Source: Myxococcales bacterium (GTDB lineage Bacteria; Myxococcota_A; Polyangia; Polyangiales; DASUME01). Taken from it: a stretch of 64,000 nt of DNA. The translations under genes were made by a program, and so were the position numbers. The notes below the pieces were generated by a model. That model saw only the letters and a list, made by a program, of their open reading frames with translations, was not told the origin of the DNA and ran no database searches. The stretch covers positions 8,960,001 through 9,024,000 of the forward strand of contig JASGJH010000001.1 of the NCBI GenBank assembly GCA_047601445.1. The letters run 5' to 3'. Positions within the stretch are counted from its first letter, which is position 1, and the number at the start of each line of letters is the position of its first letter. Positions 9,737 through 19,236 of the stretch are shown one piece after another.

Positions 9737-10654
9737 ATGGACCTGAAGAAGGAACTGCTGAACCTCGGGTGTGACGCGGTCGGGCTGCGTCCCAAGGGGG
9801 CCTCCGACGCCCGCCTCCATGCCGATCTGGAGCGCGACGGGTTCGTCGTGTTTCGTGGGGTGTTTTCGCCCGCCGAGATCGCGGACCTGCGACGACGGTT
9901 CGCGGAAGCCTCGTCGCGCGCGGAGCGCGAGGGGCAGCTTGCGCGTTCGTCCAGCTTGCCCGTGCGGTACCTCAAGTTCGACGCGCTGTCGTGCCGCGAA
10001 CTGCGCGAGGTCGACTACCTCGTCTTGGACGAGCGCGTGCTGCGATGCGTGCGCAGCCTGCTCGGCGATGACGTGGCTTACTTCTCCGACAGCTCGATCC
10101 AAATCGGAACTGGCGTGCGGGGCTTCCACAAGGACTGCGCCCACCGTGAAGACCGCAACGGATCCGACTGGCAGACCAGCTACGACGTGATTCGCATGGG
10201 ACTCTACCTGCAGGAGCACGAGCAAAGCAGCGGGGGGCTCAAGCTAAAGCCCGGATCCCATCGCTTCGTGAGTTCGCTGTGGGGACGCTCCATCAACGTC
10301 GACACCCGTGCGGGCGACCTGGTGTTTTGGAAGCTGACCACCTCGCACAGTGGCAACGCCGTGCGGCTGCGAGCCTTTCCCAAGGCCTCGCTACATCCAC
10401 GCATCGAGTCCATGGTGCCCGCGACGTTGCGTGTGCCCGAGCCCGAGGAGCGGATGGCCCTCTTCTGTTCCTTCGGCAAGCCCGGCGTCCACCTGGACAC
10501 CTACGTGAACTATCTCGCGGGCCGCGAGGATTTTTGCGAGTACTTCCGCAATTCCTACCATCCGCAGACCGCGCTGAGTCTGGCCCGCGCCCGCGGCCTC
10601 GAGCTGCGTGTGCCGTGCGCCGAGTTCGCCTCCCGCGTGGGGAGCGCGGCCTAG
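9737..10654 (+). CDS. PhyH-family Fe(II)/2-oxoglutarate dioxygenase
   Basis: LERDGFVVFRGVFS, FHKD (HxD), GGLKLKPGSH, AGDLVFW...SHSG (distal His), ERMALF (Arg). Confidence 0.82.
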   Translation: MDLKKELLNLGCDAVGLRPKGASDARLHADLERDGFVVFRGVFSPAEIADLRRRFAEASSRAEREGQLARSSSLPVRYLKFDALSCRELREVDYLVLDERVLRCVRSLLGDDVAYFSDSSIQIGTGVRGFHKDCAHREDRNGSDWQTSYDVIRMGLYLQEHEQSSGGLKLKPGSHRFVSSLWGRSINVDTRAGDLVFWKLTTSHSGNAVRLRAFPKASLHPRIESMVPATLRVPEPEERMALFCSFGKPGVHLDTYVNYLAGREDFCEYFRNSYHPQTALSLARARGLELRVPCAEFASRVGSAA

Positions 10655-10717
10655 CCCGAAGCGCTGCCGTCGCGGACCTGGCTCTGCGCGCGCGGGCGTG
10701 AGCGAAAGGTTGAGCCC

Positions 10718-11764
10718 ATGATTCCCGTACTCATCCGTTTGGACGCCAACAGCTCGATTGGCCTCGGGCATTTGGGGCGTTGTCTTGCGTTGTCTCGGGC
10801 GCTGCGTCGCGGCGGCGCGCAGGTGACGTTCGGCTTGTCGCCGTTCTCTTCTCGCGACGCCTTCGAACGCTTGCGTGGAGCCAACGAGGCCGTCGTCAGC
10901 GTGCCTTGCGCCGAGGCGGGTGGGGCGCTCGATGCGCAGGCCACCCGAGAGATCGCACGGGACCTCGGCGCGCGCGCGCTGATACTGGATGGCTATCATT
11001 TGCGCTCGCAAGTGTTGCCGGCAGTGCGACAGCCTGGGGTGCGGCTCGCCTACGTCGACGACGTCTTGAGCGGTGCCTTCGACGTCGACGTCTTCATCAA
11101 TCCCAGCCTGCATGGCGATCACTGTCAGGTCAGCTTGCCGACCGGGGCGACCGCCCTGCTCGGCGCCGCCTATTCGTTGATCCGTGCGCCGTTCCTGGAG
11201 GCCAGGAGCCAGCGGGCGAAACGCGAGCCCGGAGCGAATCTGCGCGTCCTCGTGAGCATGGGCGGTACCGATCCGGGCGGCATCTCGCTCGCCGTGCTGC
11301 GAGCCTTCAGCGGGCTGGCCGAACCATGGCGCAAGCGCTGCGATGTCAGCGTGCTCTTGTCCCCGAACTTTCATGGTTGGGAGGAGGCGCGTCACCTGGT
11401 CTCCCTGTCTGACGTCCGCGTCGCTCTGCAGACCACCGTGCCGGAGCTTGCGCCCCTGCTGGTCGACGTCGACTTGGCGGTCGTATCCGCCAGCACGACC
11501 TTGGCGGAGCTCTCGACGGTCGGGGTACCGGCCATCGCCATGGCCACCGTGGACAATCAGGTGCCCGTGGCCGAGGCGGCGACGCGGCTCGGCGTGGCCC
11601 GAGTGGTCGCATGCGACGCCGAGCAGATCACGGATGCTATGACTCATCTGGTGAAGGATGGTCCGGGCCGAGAGCGCATGGCCATTCGGCAGCGTGAGGT
11701 GGTGGACGGTCTCGGCGCCTCGCGAATCGCGGACGCCATCCTTCGAGGCCTGGAGAACACATGA
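10718..11764 (+). CDS. pseG: UDP-2,4-diacetamido-2,4,6-trideoxy-beta-L-altropyranose hydrolase (PseG/SpsG)
   Basis: RLDANSSIGLGHLGRCLAL, ILDGY, VDD, SMGGTDP, STTLAE, VDNQ. Confidence 0.88.
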   Translation: MIPVLIRLDANSSIGLGHLGRCLALSRALRRGGAQVTFGLSPFSSRDAFERLRGANEAVVSVPCAEAGGALDAQATREIARDLGARALILDGYHLRSQVLPAVRQPGVRLAYVDDVLSGAFDVDVFINPSLHGDHCQVSLPTGATALLGAAYSLIRAPFLEARSQRAKREPGANLRVLVSMGGTDPGGISLAVLRAFSGLAEPWRKRCDVSVLLSPNFHGWEEARHLVSLSDVRVALQTTVPELAPLLVDVDLAVVSASTTLAELSTVGVPAIAMATVDNQVPVAEAATRLGVARVVACDAEQITDAMTHLVKDGPGRERMAIRQREVVDGLGASRIADAILRGLENT

Positions 11765-12516
11765 AGGTCGTTGCCATCGTACAGGCTCGTTTGGGGTCCA
11801 CGCGTCTGCCTGCGAAGGTGTTGCTCGACCTCCAGGGCAAGACGGCCCTCGAGCGCTGTTTGTCGCGCGTCGCCAGGGTCCAAGGGGTCGACGAAGTCGT
11901 GGTGGCCACCACGGACACGCCCGTGGACGACGTCCTCGTGCGAGTCTGCGAACGCCTTGGGTTTCGGGTGACCCGGGGCAGCCAAGACGACGTGCTCTCA
12001 CGCTACCAGGTGGCCGCTCAAGCGTCTGGCGCGGACGTGATCATGCGGTGTACGTCGGACTGCCCATTGCTCGACCCGGGCGAGAGCGGCGCGGTGCTCG
12101 CCCAATTTCTGGCCCGATTCTCTCAAGGCAGCGTGGACTACGCATCCAATGTCCTGGAGCGGCGGGTGCCGCGTGGGCTCGACACCGAGGTCGTTTCCAG
12201 GGATGCCCTGGAAAGGGCACATCGCGAAGCGACCGATCCGGCGCTGCGTGAACACGTGACCCTGCCCATCGTGCGCCGCCCCGACGTGTTCCGCTGTTTG
12301 TCCACGGAGCCTCGACATCCGACGCTGCGGGGGGCCGATCAGTCGCACCAGCGTTGGACCCTGGACACCCTCGAGGACTACCACTTCTTGGCCAGTGTCT
12401 ACGATCTGCTGGGAGACCGCGCGGCGGACGCCGACGTTCGCGACGTGCTCGACATCCTGGAAGCACATCCCACCCTGACGCAGATCAACGCGGGCATTGC
12501 CCAGAAAGTCGTGTGA
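11761..12516 (+). CDS. SpsF-type cytidylyltransferase (probable CMP-Pse synthetase)
   Basis: IVQARLGSTRLPAKVL, RGSQDDVLSRY, RCTSDCPLLDP, PRGLDTEV, REHVT, RWTLDTLEDY. Confidence 0.85.
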   Translation: MKVVAIVQARLGSTRLPAKVLLDLQGKTALERCLSRVARVQGVDEVVVATTDTPVDDVLVRVCERLGFRVTRGSQDDVLSRYQVAAQASGADVIMRCTSDCPLLDPGESGAVLAQFLARFSQGSVDYASNVLERRVPRGLDTEVVSRDALERAHREATDPALREHVTLPIVRRPDVFRCLSTEPRHPTLRGADQSHQRWTLDTLEDYHFLASVYDLLGDRAADADVRDVLDILEAHPTLTQINAGIAQKVV

Positions 12517-13451
12517 TGCAGCCGCTGTTCCTGGCTCGCTATGGCTTGAAGGCACTCGCGCATGCTGCCTTCGACCCGGTCAAGGCCCTGCGCGGCAGCG
12601 TGCAGGCCGGAGGTTGCGTGGTGATGGGCAACGGTCCCTCATTGGCCACCGACCTGCAGGTTCAGGGCGACGCTATCTCGCGGTGTGCCAAGGTTTGCGT
12701 GAACAACTTCGCGCGCAGCGAGTGGTTCGAGAAGCTGCGTCCGGAATACTACGTGCTGGCGGACACCAACTACTTCTCGCCCAAGGTCCAGCGCATCATG
12801 GCGGACATCGCGGCCGGACGAACGGAGGCCTATCCGGCCCGCGCGATCGACTACTACAGCTACGTAAGGGAGATCAACGAGAGCACCTTCACGAGCTTGA
12901 TCGACAAGACCGCGTGGCCCCTTGCGCTGTTTCTCCCTCTACAAGGTCTGCTCAACGCCGATCTCAGCTGGATCCCCAAGAAGAACCCCAATATCCGGAT
13001 CGTGCCCTACAGCATGACGCCGGTCTCGAACGGACCCGACTGGCTACGCCACGCACTTTACGAGCGAAGCCTGGCCATGCCACGCGCCGAGACCGTGCTG
13101 GTGCCCGCCATCTTCCTGGCCCTGCACCTCGGCCACAAGCCGATCTACGTGCTCGGGGCCGATCACTCGTGGCACGAGAACATCATCGTCGGCGCCGACA
13201 ATGTCCTCAGCATCCGGGACCCGCACTTTTACGATGGCGAGAGTGAGCCGCGGACCTTTCCTTGCGTGAAAGATCACGTGACGGGTCAGACTTACCGCTT
13301 GTCGGAGCAGTGGCGCTCGCTGGCGAACGCGTTCGAGAGTCACGAGGCGCTCGACGCCTATGCACGCTCACAAGGCGCCCGCGTGTACAACGCGTGCGCG
13401 CGCTCGTTCTTGGACATGTACGAGCGGGCCAAGGTCGGCGAGCGCGGGTGA
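12516..13451 (+). CDS. Maf/DUF115/GT42-like protein, candidate nonulosonate (Pse) transferase
   Basis: VMGNGPSL, VCVNNF, PEYYVLAD, ALHLGHKPIYVLGADHSW, HFY, VYNAC. ATG overlaps the stop of the upstream gene. Confidence 0.65.
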   Translation: MQPLFLARYGLKALAHAAFDPVKALRGSVQAGGCVVMGNGPSLATDLQVQGDAISRCAKVCVNNFARSEWFEKLRPEYYVLADTNYFSPKVQRIMADIAAGRTEAYPARAIDYYSYVREINESTFTSLIDKTAWPLALFLPLQGLLNADLSWIPKKNPNIRIVPYSMTPVSNGPDWLRHALYERSLAMPRAETVLVPAIFLALHLGHKPIYVLGADHSWHENIIVGADNVLSIRDPHFYDGESEPRTFPCVKDHVTGQTYRLSEQWRSLANAFESHEALDAYARSQGARVYNACARSFLDMYERAKVGERG

Positions 13452-13465
13452 ACCCAGCCGGCCGG

Positions 13466-14800
13466 TTATTCGGCCGGTACGGGAGGTTTGACCGCGCTGG
13501 GGAACGCGCTTGCTCGCATGGCGACGATGCCCAGCCCGGCGATGAGCGCGAAACCGCACGATGTCGCGATCAGGCAGCAAACGGCCACGTCGCGTGCCGA
13601 GCCGTGGCGCGTGATGAGCAACGACATCATCAACAGACAAGGAATGAGCAGGGACACGAACCCGCGGGCGCGATTCATGCCGATCAACACGAAGCCGATG
13701 GCCGACTGCAGGATCAGCAAAGCCGTCGAGAGCCACACGATCTGCAGCGTCTCGGCGCCATCGACGAACTGGTTTCCGAAGACCAGGCTCAGGGTGAGCT
13801 TGCCGAAGAAGATGGGGATGATGCAGGAGGCGCCGAGCAGGCCGGCCAGCAGCAAGAGACCGCGTCGCACGATGGATGCCGAGGACTGGCCCGCGCCCGT
13901 GAGAGCGGACACGCGCGAGAAGAGCACCTGGTAGATGGGAATGGCGATCAAGTAGAGCATGCGGCTCAGGGCGTTTACCGCGCCGTACAAGCCCGCATCG
14001 TGAGGCGAGAGGTAGTGCTTGGCGGTCAGCACGTCGGCGTTCAGGCAGAAGGAGAAATAGAAGCAGGCCACCGCCAGCGAGAGCTCTTGCGTATTCTCGG
14101 GCGGACTCGCGGGCGGCGCATTCGGGTCCGGATGGGGAAGGTCTCGCAGCAACCACTCAGCGTAGACCAAGGCCGCGAGACTGCCGGCCGCATAGCCCGC
14201 CACGGCCCCCGAAGGCCCAAGTCCCAACGCGACGAACAGCAGTCCCATCCCCAAACGCACCACGGCATCGGCCACTTGAACGCGTCCGAAGTCGCCGAAG
14301 CGCTGATCACCCTGCAGGATGGCTCTCGGCACCACCCCGACGAAGACGAGCAGCAGGTACCCTGTGAGCGCAAGTAGGGTGATGTTCTCGAGATGAAACC
14401 AAATCTTGATCAGCCAGGCCGCGAGCAGCCACACGAGGCTGCCCACCAGGGACAAGCGCACGGTCGTCTTCATGGCCCTCGAGTGAAGGCCTCGCAGCGA
14501 GGTCCGGTCCTGATTGCCGTGGGCGGTGGCAGCGAGTTTGGTGACGGCCGTCTCGATGGGGTCGATGGCCAGTGTCACCAAATACGAGATCGAGAGCGCT
14601 GCGGCGACTTCGCCGTAGCCGCTCGGCGTCAGGAGGCGCGCGTACACCGAGGAGTACACGAGCGCGAACACAGCGGAGATTCCGCTTGCCGCGATCATAC
14701 GAGCCGAGTCCGAGATCAGTGTATCGGCTTTGGAAGCCATGGCCGAGTCCTGCCACACACTCGCCCATACGACGCGGATAGTCGATAGCCTTGTTGCCAT
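13466..14800 (-). CDS. Wzx-like flippase, copy 2 (start may be 14741)
   Basis: Multi-TM; ISDSAR, ARLLTPSGYG, ILQGDQRF, NADVLTAKHYL...AGLYGAVNALSR. Paralogous to 6023-7327. Confidence 0.8.
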   Translation of the reverse strand: MATRLSTIRVVWASVWQDSAMASKADTLISDSARMIAASGISAVFALVYSSVYARLLTPSGYGEVAAALSISYLVTLAIDPIETAVTKLAATAHGNQDRTSLRGLHSRAMKTTVRLSLVGSLVWLLAAWLIKIWFHLENITLLALTGYLLLVFVGVVPRAILQGDQRFGDFGRVQVADAVVRLGMGLLFVALGLGPSGAVAGYAAGSLAALVYAEWLLRDLPHPDPNAPPASPPENTQELSLAVACFYFSFCLNADVLTAKHYLSPHDAGLYGAVNALSRMLYLIAIPIYQVLFSRVSALTGAGQSSASIVRRGLLLLAGLLGASCIIPIFFGKLTLSLVFGNQFVDGAETLQIVWLSTALLILQSAIGFVLIGMNRARGFVSLLIPCLLMMSLLITRHGSARDVAVCCLIATSCGFALIAGLGIVAMRASAFPSAVKPPVPAE

Positions 14801-14997
14801 AGGAGCGGGAAGCGCATGTGGGTGATTCTGCGGTCCCCTGCCCCTGCCCCGGAAAGGCGCGGACTAAGGCTGGTTTTTGCGGTCACAGATCCTAGTGGCC
14901 GCGACAATTCAAATCCTTCGCGTCATCTTGACCCTGATCCCTCCCCCTGTTAGATGGGCGGAGCGTCGGGGTACACAAACGGGGCAGAGTGTGACGC

Positions 14998-16050
14998 ATG
15001 GCTGAAGGACCCCGCACGCCGCCTTCCAGGAAGCAGCGGTCGTTGCGTAGCGAACTAAACAATTTGTTGCGCGGTGCGGTGCGGCGGGTCAGCGGGGAAC
15101 GGCCAGGGCGCGAGGAATCAGCGCCGCCTTCGTCCCGGACGCAAAGTAGAGGTTCTGACGGTCGATCGGTGTCTGGCCGCATGCCTTTGCTCGATCTCTA
15201 TACGAGCGAGGACAACCGCGCCAGGGCGCTCGCCGTTCAGCACGCGTCTGGTCGAGCGTGGCGCCACGTAGGTGCCCGCGAGCCGGGCGTGTCCGTGATC
15301 ATTTTGAACCTGAACAAGCCGGAGCTCATCGTGCCGCTCCTCGACCGGCTGGAGCGAGACCGCCGCTCGTTCGAGGCACAGGGGCTGCGTCTCCAGGTTC
15401 TTGTGGGCGATACGGGTAGCACCGACGAACGAGTCCTGGCGCGCTATGCGTCGGTCGAGTCGGACACCTTCGTCCAGACGGATCTGCGCTATCAATTCTC
15501 ACGCTGCAACAACGCCATGGCCCGCCTGGCCGAGTGCGACACGTTGCTATTTCTCAACAATGACGTGATTTTCCCAGCTGACCGCAATCCGGTGCTCGAG
15601 ATGTATCGGGCGCTGCAAGGCGATGACAGGCGTGGCGTGGTGGGGTGCTGCCTCTACTTCGAGGATCTGCGCGTGCAGCACCTCGGCGTCGACTTCTTGC
15701 GCGAGCGCGAAGTGCGCGGTCTTTGTTATCACCCGCGCGCGCGCGAACAGGTGCAACCCGAGAGCCTTGCATCCGACTGGGGAGTGCCCGCCGTGACGGG
15801 CGCGTGTCTCATGGTACGGCACAACCTGTTCGCAGACGCAGGTCGGATGGACGAAGGGTACGCGTCTGAGTGCCAGGATATCGACCTGTGTCTCGCTGCG
15901 CATCGTCTCGGCTACGAGTCCCACATCGTCAATGCGGGAACGGTGTTGCATCTGGAGAACGCCACGCGCCCGAAGGGTGAGGAGAACTGGCCCGACCGCC
16001 AGCGCTTCCTGCGCCGCTGGGGGAGCTACATCGAGGCCAGCTTCCTATGA
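14998..16050 (+). CDS. Glycosyltransferase family 2
   Basis: VSVIILNLN, VGDTGSTD, FSRCNN, LLFLNNDV, AVTGACLMVR, QDIDLCL, HLENATR. Confidence 0.9.
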   Translation: MAEGPRTPPSRKQRSLRSELNNLLRGAVRRVSGERPGREESAPPSSRTQSRGSDGRSVSGRMPLLDLYTSEDNRARALAVQHASGRAWRHVGAREPGVSVIILNLNKPELIVPLLDRLERDRRSFEAQGLRLQVLVGDTGSTDERVLARYASVESDTFVQTDLRYQFSRCNNAMARLAECDTLLFLNNDVIFPADRNPVLEMYRALQGDDRRGVVGCCLYFEDLRVQHLGVDFLREREVRGLCYHPRAREQVQPESLASDWGVPAVTGACLMVRHNLFADAGRMDEGYASECQDIDLCLAAHRLGYESHIVNAGTVLHLENATRPKGEENWPDRQRFLRRWGSYIEASFL

Positions 16051-17075
16051 AGACGGTGCTGTTCCTCACGCTCCGTATGAAGATGGGCTTCGGCGTGGAC
16101 GTCGTGGTCGGGCAGCTCAGTCGCCTGCTCATCCAACGAGGTCACCGCGTCGTGGTCGGGTGCATCGAGTCGGAACCTGGCTTCGAAGGGGTTCAGATCG
16201 AGCACGTGCGGGCCACGGAGAGCGACGTGGCGGCACTGGCGAGCCGGGTCGACGCGTCCGTCATCGTCGCGCACACGAGCCCTTTCTTCGAGCTGCTGCC
16301 TGGGCTCACCGATCGTTGGCCGTGCTGGGCCTGGGAGCATGGCGATCCCACACCGGCGCTGTTCGATGGCGACCGCGACGCGCGCGCCAAGGTCAAAGCG
16401 CTCAAGGCTCCGATCTACCCGCAGCTAGCGGGAGTGATCGCGATCTCCGAGTTCATCCGAGCCGACATCGGATTCGGTCCAGCCCACGTCATTTACAACG
16501 GTTGCGATCACGTACCCGACACGGCTGCGAAGGCACTGCAGGATCTGGCGGCTTCGTCGGACCGCCCGCTGCGGGTGGGTACCCTGTTGCGCATCGGCGC
16601 AGGCGAGGCCTTCTACAAGGGCAACACGCTCTTCCAGCGCTTTGCGGCGGAGCTCCAAGGTGTCGTCAGCAACGTGCGCGTGGTCGCCATGGGCCGGGGC
16701 AGCGAGGCCGATGCCAGGGCCTTCCGCGATCACGGCATCGAGGTGATCCTGAACGCGCCCGACGCTGAAAAGTGGGCCTACTTGCGGGAGCTCGACGTGT
16801 TCCTGTCGTTCAGCCTGTGGGAGGGCTTCAACCTGCCGTTGATTGAGGCGCAGGCATTGGGCACCGTGGGCCTCGCCTTCGACACGGGAGCTCATCCGGA
16901 GGTCACCCCGATGATCCTGCGGAACGTCGACGACGCGCTCAGCTTGGTGAAGGCGTATTCTCAGAATCGCGAGCTGCTGCTCCGACACTCTCGTCTTTGT
17001 CAGGACTTCGTACGCCGACAGTTCAGCTGGGAGCGCTGCGTGCAGGCCTTCGAAGAATTGGCGCTAGGGAGCTAG
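16047..17075 (+). CDS. Glycosyltransferase family 4
   Basis: GFGVDVVV, ISEF, YNG, YKG, SLWEGFNLPLIEAQALG, FSWE. ATGA coupling. Confidence 0.88.
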   Translation: MKTVLFLTLRMKMGFGVDVVVGQLSRLLIQRGHRVVVGCIESEPGFEGVQIEHVRATESDVAALASRVDASVIVAHTSPFFELLPGLTDRWPCWAWEHGDPTPALFDGDRDARAKVKALKAPIYPQLAGVIAISEFIRADIGFGPAHVIYNGCDHVPDTAAKALQDLAASSDRPLRVGTLLRIGAGEAFYKGNTLFQRFAAELQGVVSNVRVVAMGRGSEADARAFRDHGIEVILNAPDAEKWAYLRELDVFLSFSLWEGFNLPLIEAQALGTVGLAFDTGAHPEVTPMILRNVDDALSLVKAYSQNRELLLRHSRLCQDFVRRQFSWERCVQAFEELALGS

Positions 17076-17088
17076 CGAACCCGAAGCG

Positions 17089-19230
17089 CTACCCGTAGCG
17101 CTTTGCGAGATCGACGAAGACGCGCGTCACGAGCGGCAGGGTCGCCGAGAACACCAGCGCAGTCAGCACGATGGTCACGCCAACGAACGTCCGGCTTCGC
17201 GTGGAGACCGCGGGTTCGTCGGAGGTCACAGCAGGGCCCATCGAGTCGGGCACGAAGACCACGGAGGCGGCGCCACAGATGCTGCCCAGCGCCACGAACC
17301 AAGCTGGCACGAAGTAGCGTGTTTGCAGCCCTTCGATCACGTTCGCGCCGAGCGTCGTTTCGGTCATGTAGAGGACCAGGGCCACCACGGCGACACTGCC
17401 CAGTGCGCCGGTAAGACCTATCACGGCGGGTACCGTGGCTCGAAGTAGGTTTCGGAGCCCGCTCTTCCAGGACAAGCTGTGCGCCCACACGAGCAGGAAT
17501 GACAGCTCGAGCAAGCACGCCAGGGCGAGCACGCGACCGTAGCCGTTGCCCACGGCCCGTGACATGCCGGTGTCCAACCATCCGAGCGGCCCCACGAGGT
17601 TGTGAAGCCGCCAGGGTTCGATGAAGTCGGGAATGTCCAGGTCAAGTGTGTGCAAGGGATGCTCGAGCAGCAGCTTGAGCTGATCCAGCGAATGAATCTT
17701 GCCTGTGCCGCGCGTGGCGCCCGGTCGGTGACGCGCGCCAATCAGTTTGATCCCGTTGTGGATGAGAGGGGTGCTCGTAAGCAAGACCGACGCCCAGAGC
17801 AGCCAAGTCTCGATGCGTCGGCTGGTACGCCCCACCAGGGCTCTGAACATCGACATGAAGGCCTGTCCGACGCCTGCCGGCGGGAGGGACCTCATTCTTG
17901 CGAAGCAGAAGCCCGCGATGGCACTCGGAATGAAGCACGGGATGAGAAATGGTTTGGCCGCTGCGCCCCAGCCCAGCGACAGCATGATGGCCAGGTCCCA
18001 CCAGCGTAGTTCCTCCCAGTACAGGATCATCGCTCCCATCATGATCCCCGTGGACAGCTGGACTCCGTCCGCGGAGACCGCGAACGCTTGCTGGGCGACG
18101 AGCGGCGTGACCACGAAGGCCATGAGAAGGACGGCTCCAACACGACCAGCTCTCCAAGCAAGCACGCCGAGCCGCAGCAGGCATCCGAGGACCATGAGCC
18201 CTTGCAGGATCCGCGCGAGCGCAAGGCCCTGGATCTGTCGAACGGAGCTCTGCGTCTGATTGGGCAGGAACAGCTTCGAGGCGATCACACCGGGATAGGC
18301 GAAGGCATCCGAATAGCCGTTTACCGGTTCTCCGCAGGCGAGGGCACCGCTCGGTATGCTCGGTCGCGGTGGCGGCAAGCCGCGCGGATTCCGCGGGTTC
18401 GTCGTCAGCGTAGGCACGCAGTCACGGGAACTCAGCCAGTGCTCGATGTCGATGTGGGATTGCTCCCAATGCGTCAGCTCGTCGGGCACGGAAAACAGCG
18501 GCTGAGCGAAGGTGAGGCAAGCCCCGAGCAAGAGGAAGGAGAGGGCGAATGCGGCGAAGGGACCAAAGTAGAGCTCGTGTGCGGCTCGACGGGCCTTGGC
18601 GTCTCGCCGGCTGCGCCGACGCAGCCAGGTAAAGAAGAGTTCCAGGACGACCCAGATCAAACTGCTGGCGATGGCCCAGACGAACGCGCTTCCGATGCGC
18701 GACAACACGTCCTCTTGAGCGGTCCCTGGCGGCAGCGAGAAGTCGAAAAATGGGTCGGGACCCTGTAGCTGGAGGACCAGCTCGTCCGGTCCGCCGGGCA
18801 GCAAGGCAATGCCGTTGACGCCACCGAGTGTGTTGCGCAGCTCCTGGATCCCGAGCGCGGTCGTGGTCCAGCCCGCGCGGATCTCGATGCGACGCAGCGC
18901 AATCGAGCCACTAGCGGAGCCCGGATCCAAGCGGAGCTGCTTCCATGGACCCGGTCCACCGGTGATCCGATAGCTCTGCCAGCTGCCGTTCGTCTTGATC
19001 GGGAACAGCGTCGAGTGGTCAGGATGGTAGCCCGCCCCATCGTTCCAAAACATCTGGCCATCGGAGCCGGCTTGGGAACGCATCTCGACGGTCACGTCGA
19101 CATCCCCGCCGATCACGAATGCGCGCAGGAGCAGCACCAAGGCGCCTATCACGGCGGCACGGCGGACGAGCGAGGGCCAATCCCAGCCGTCCGTGGCTGC
19201 GGGGGGGTGGTCAGAAGGTTCGGGGGCCAT
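17089..19230 (-). CDS. DUF2142-like multi-pass membrane protein (GT-C-like) with an extra N-terminal beta-sandwich domain
   Basis: PLFSVPDELTHW motif after a TM helix, AVSADG, GPLGWLD, EGLQTRYFVP. N-terminal extracytoplasmic segment with QMFW...WQSY...LRLDP. Confidence 0.7.
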   Translation of the reverse strand: MAPEPSDHPPAATDGWDWPSLVRRAAVIGALVLLLRAFVIGGDVDVTVEMRSQAGSDGQMFWNDGAGYHPDHSTLFPIKTNGSWQSYRITGGPGPWKQLRLDPGSASGSIALRRIEIRAGWTTTALGIQELRNTLGGVNGIALLPGGPDELVLQLQGPDPFFDFSLPPGTAQEDVLSRIGSAFVWAIASSLIWVVLELFFTWLRRRSRRDAKARRAAHELYFGPFAAFALSFLLLGACLTFAQPLFSVPDELTHWEQSHIDIEHWLSSRDCVPTLTTNPRNPRGLPPPRPSIPSGALACGEPVNGYSDAFAYPGVIASKLFLPNQTQSSVRQIQGLALARILQGLMVLGCLLRLGVLAWRAGRVGAVLLMAFVVTPLVAQQAFAVSADGVQLSTGIMMGAMILYWEELRWWDLAIMLSLGWGAAAKPFLIPCFIPSAIAGFCFARMRSLPPAGVGQAFMSMFRALVGRTSRRIETWLLWASVLLTSTPLIHNGIKLIGARHRPGATRGTGKIHSLDQLKLLLEHPLHTLDLDIPDFIEPWRLHNLVGPLGWLDTGMSRAVGNGYGRVLALACLLELSFLLVWAHSLSWKSGLRNLLRATVPAVIGLTGALGSVAVVALVLYMTETTLGANVIEGLQTRYFVPAWFVALGSICGAASVVFVPDSMGPAVTSDEPAVSTRSRTFVGVTIVLTALVFSATLPLVTRVFVDLAKRYG

Positions 19231-19236
19231 CGGAGC

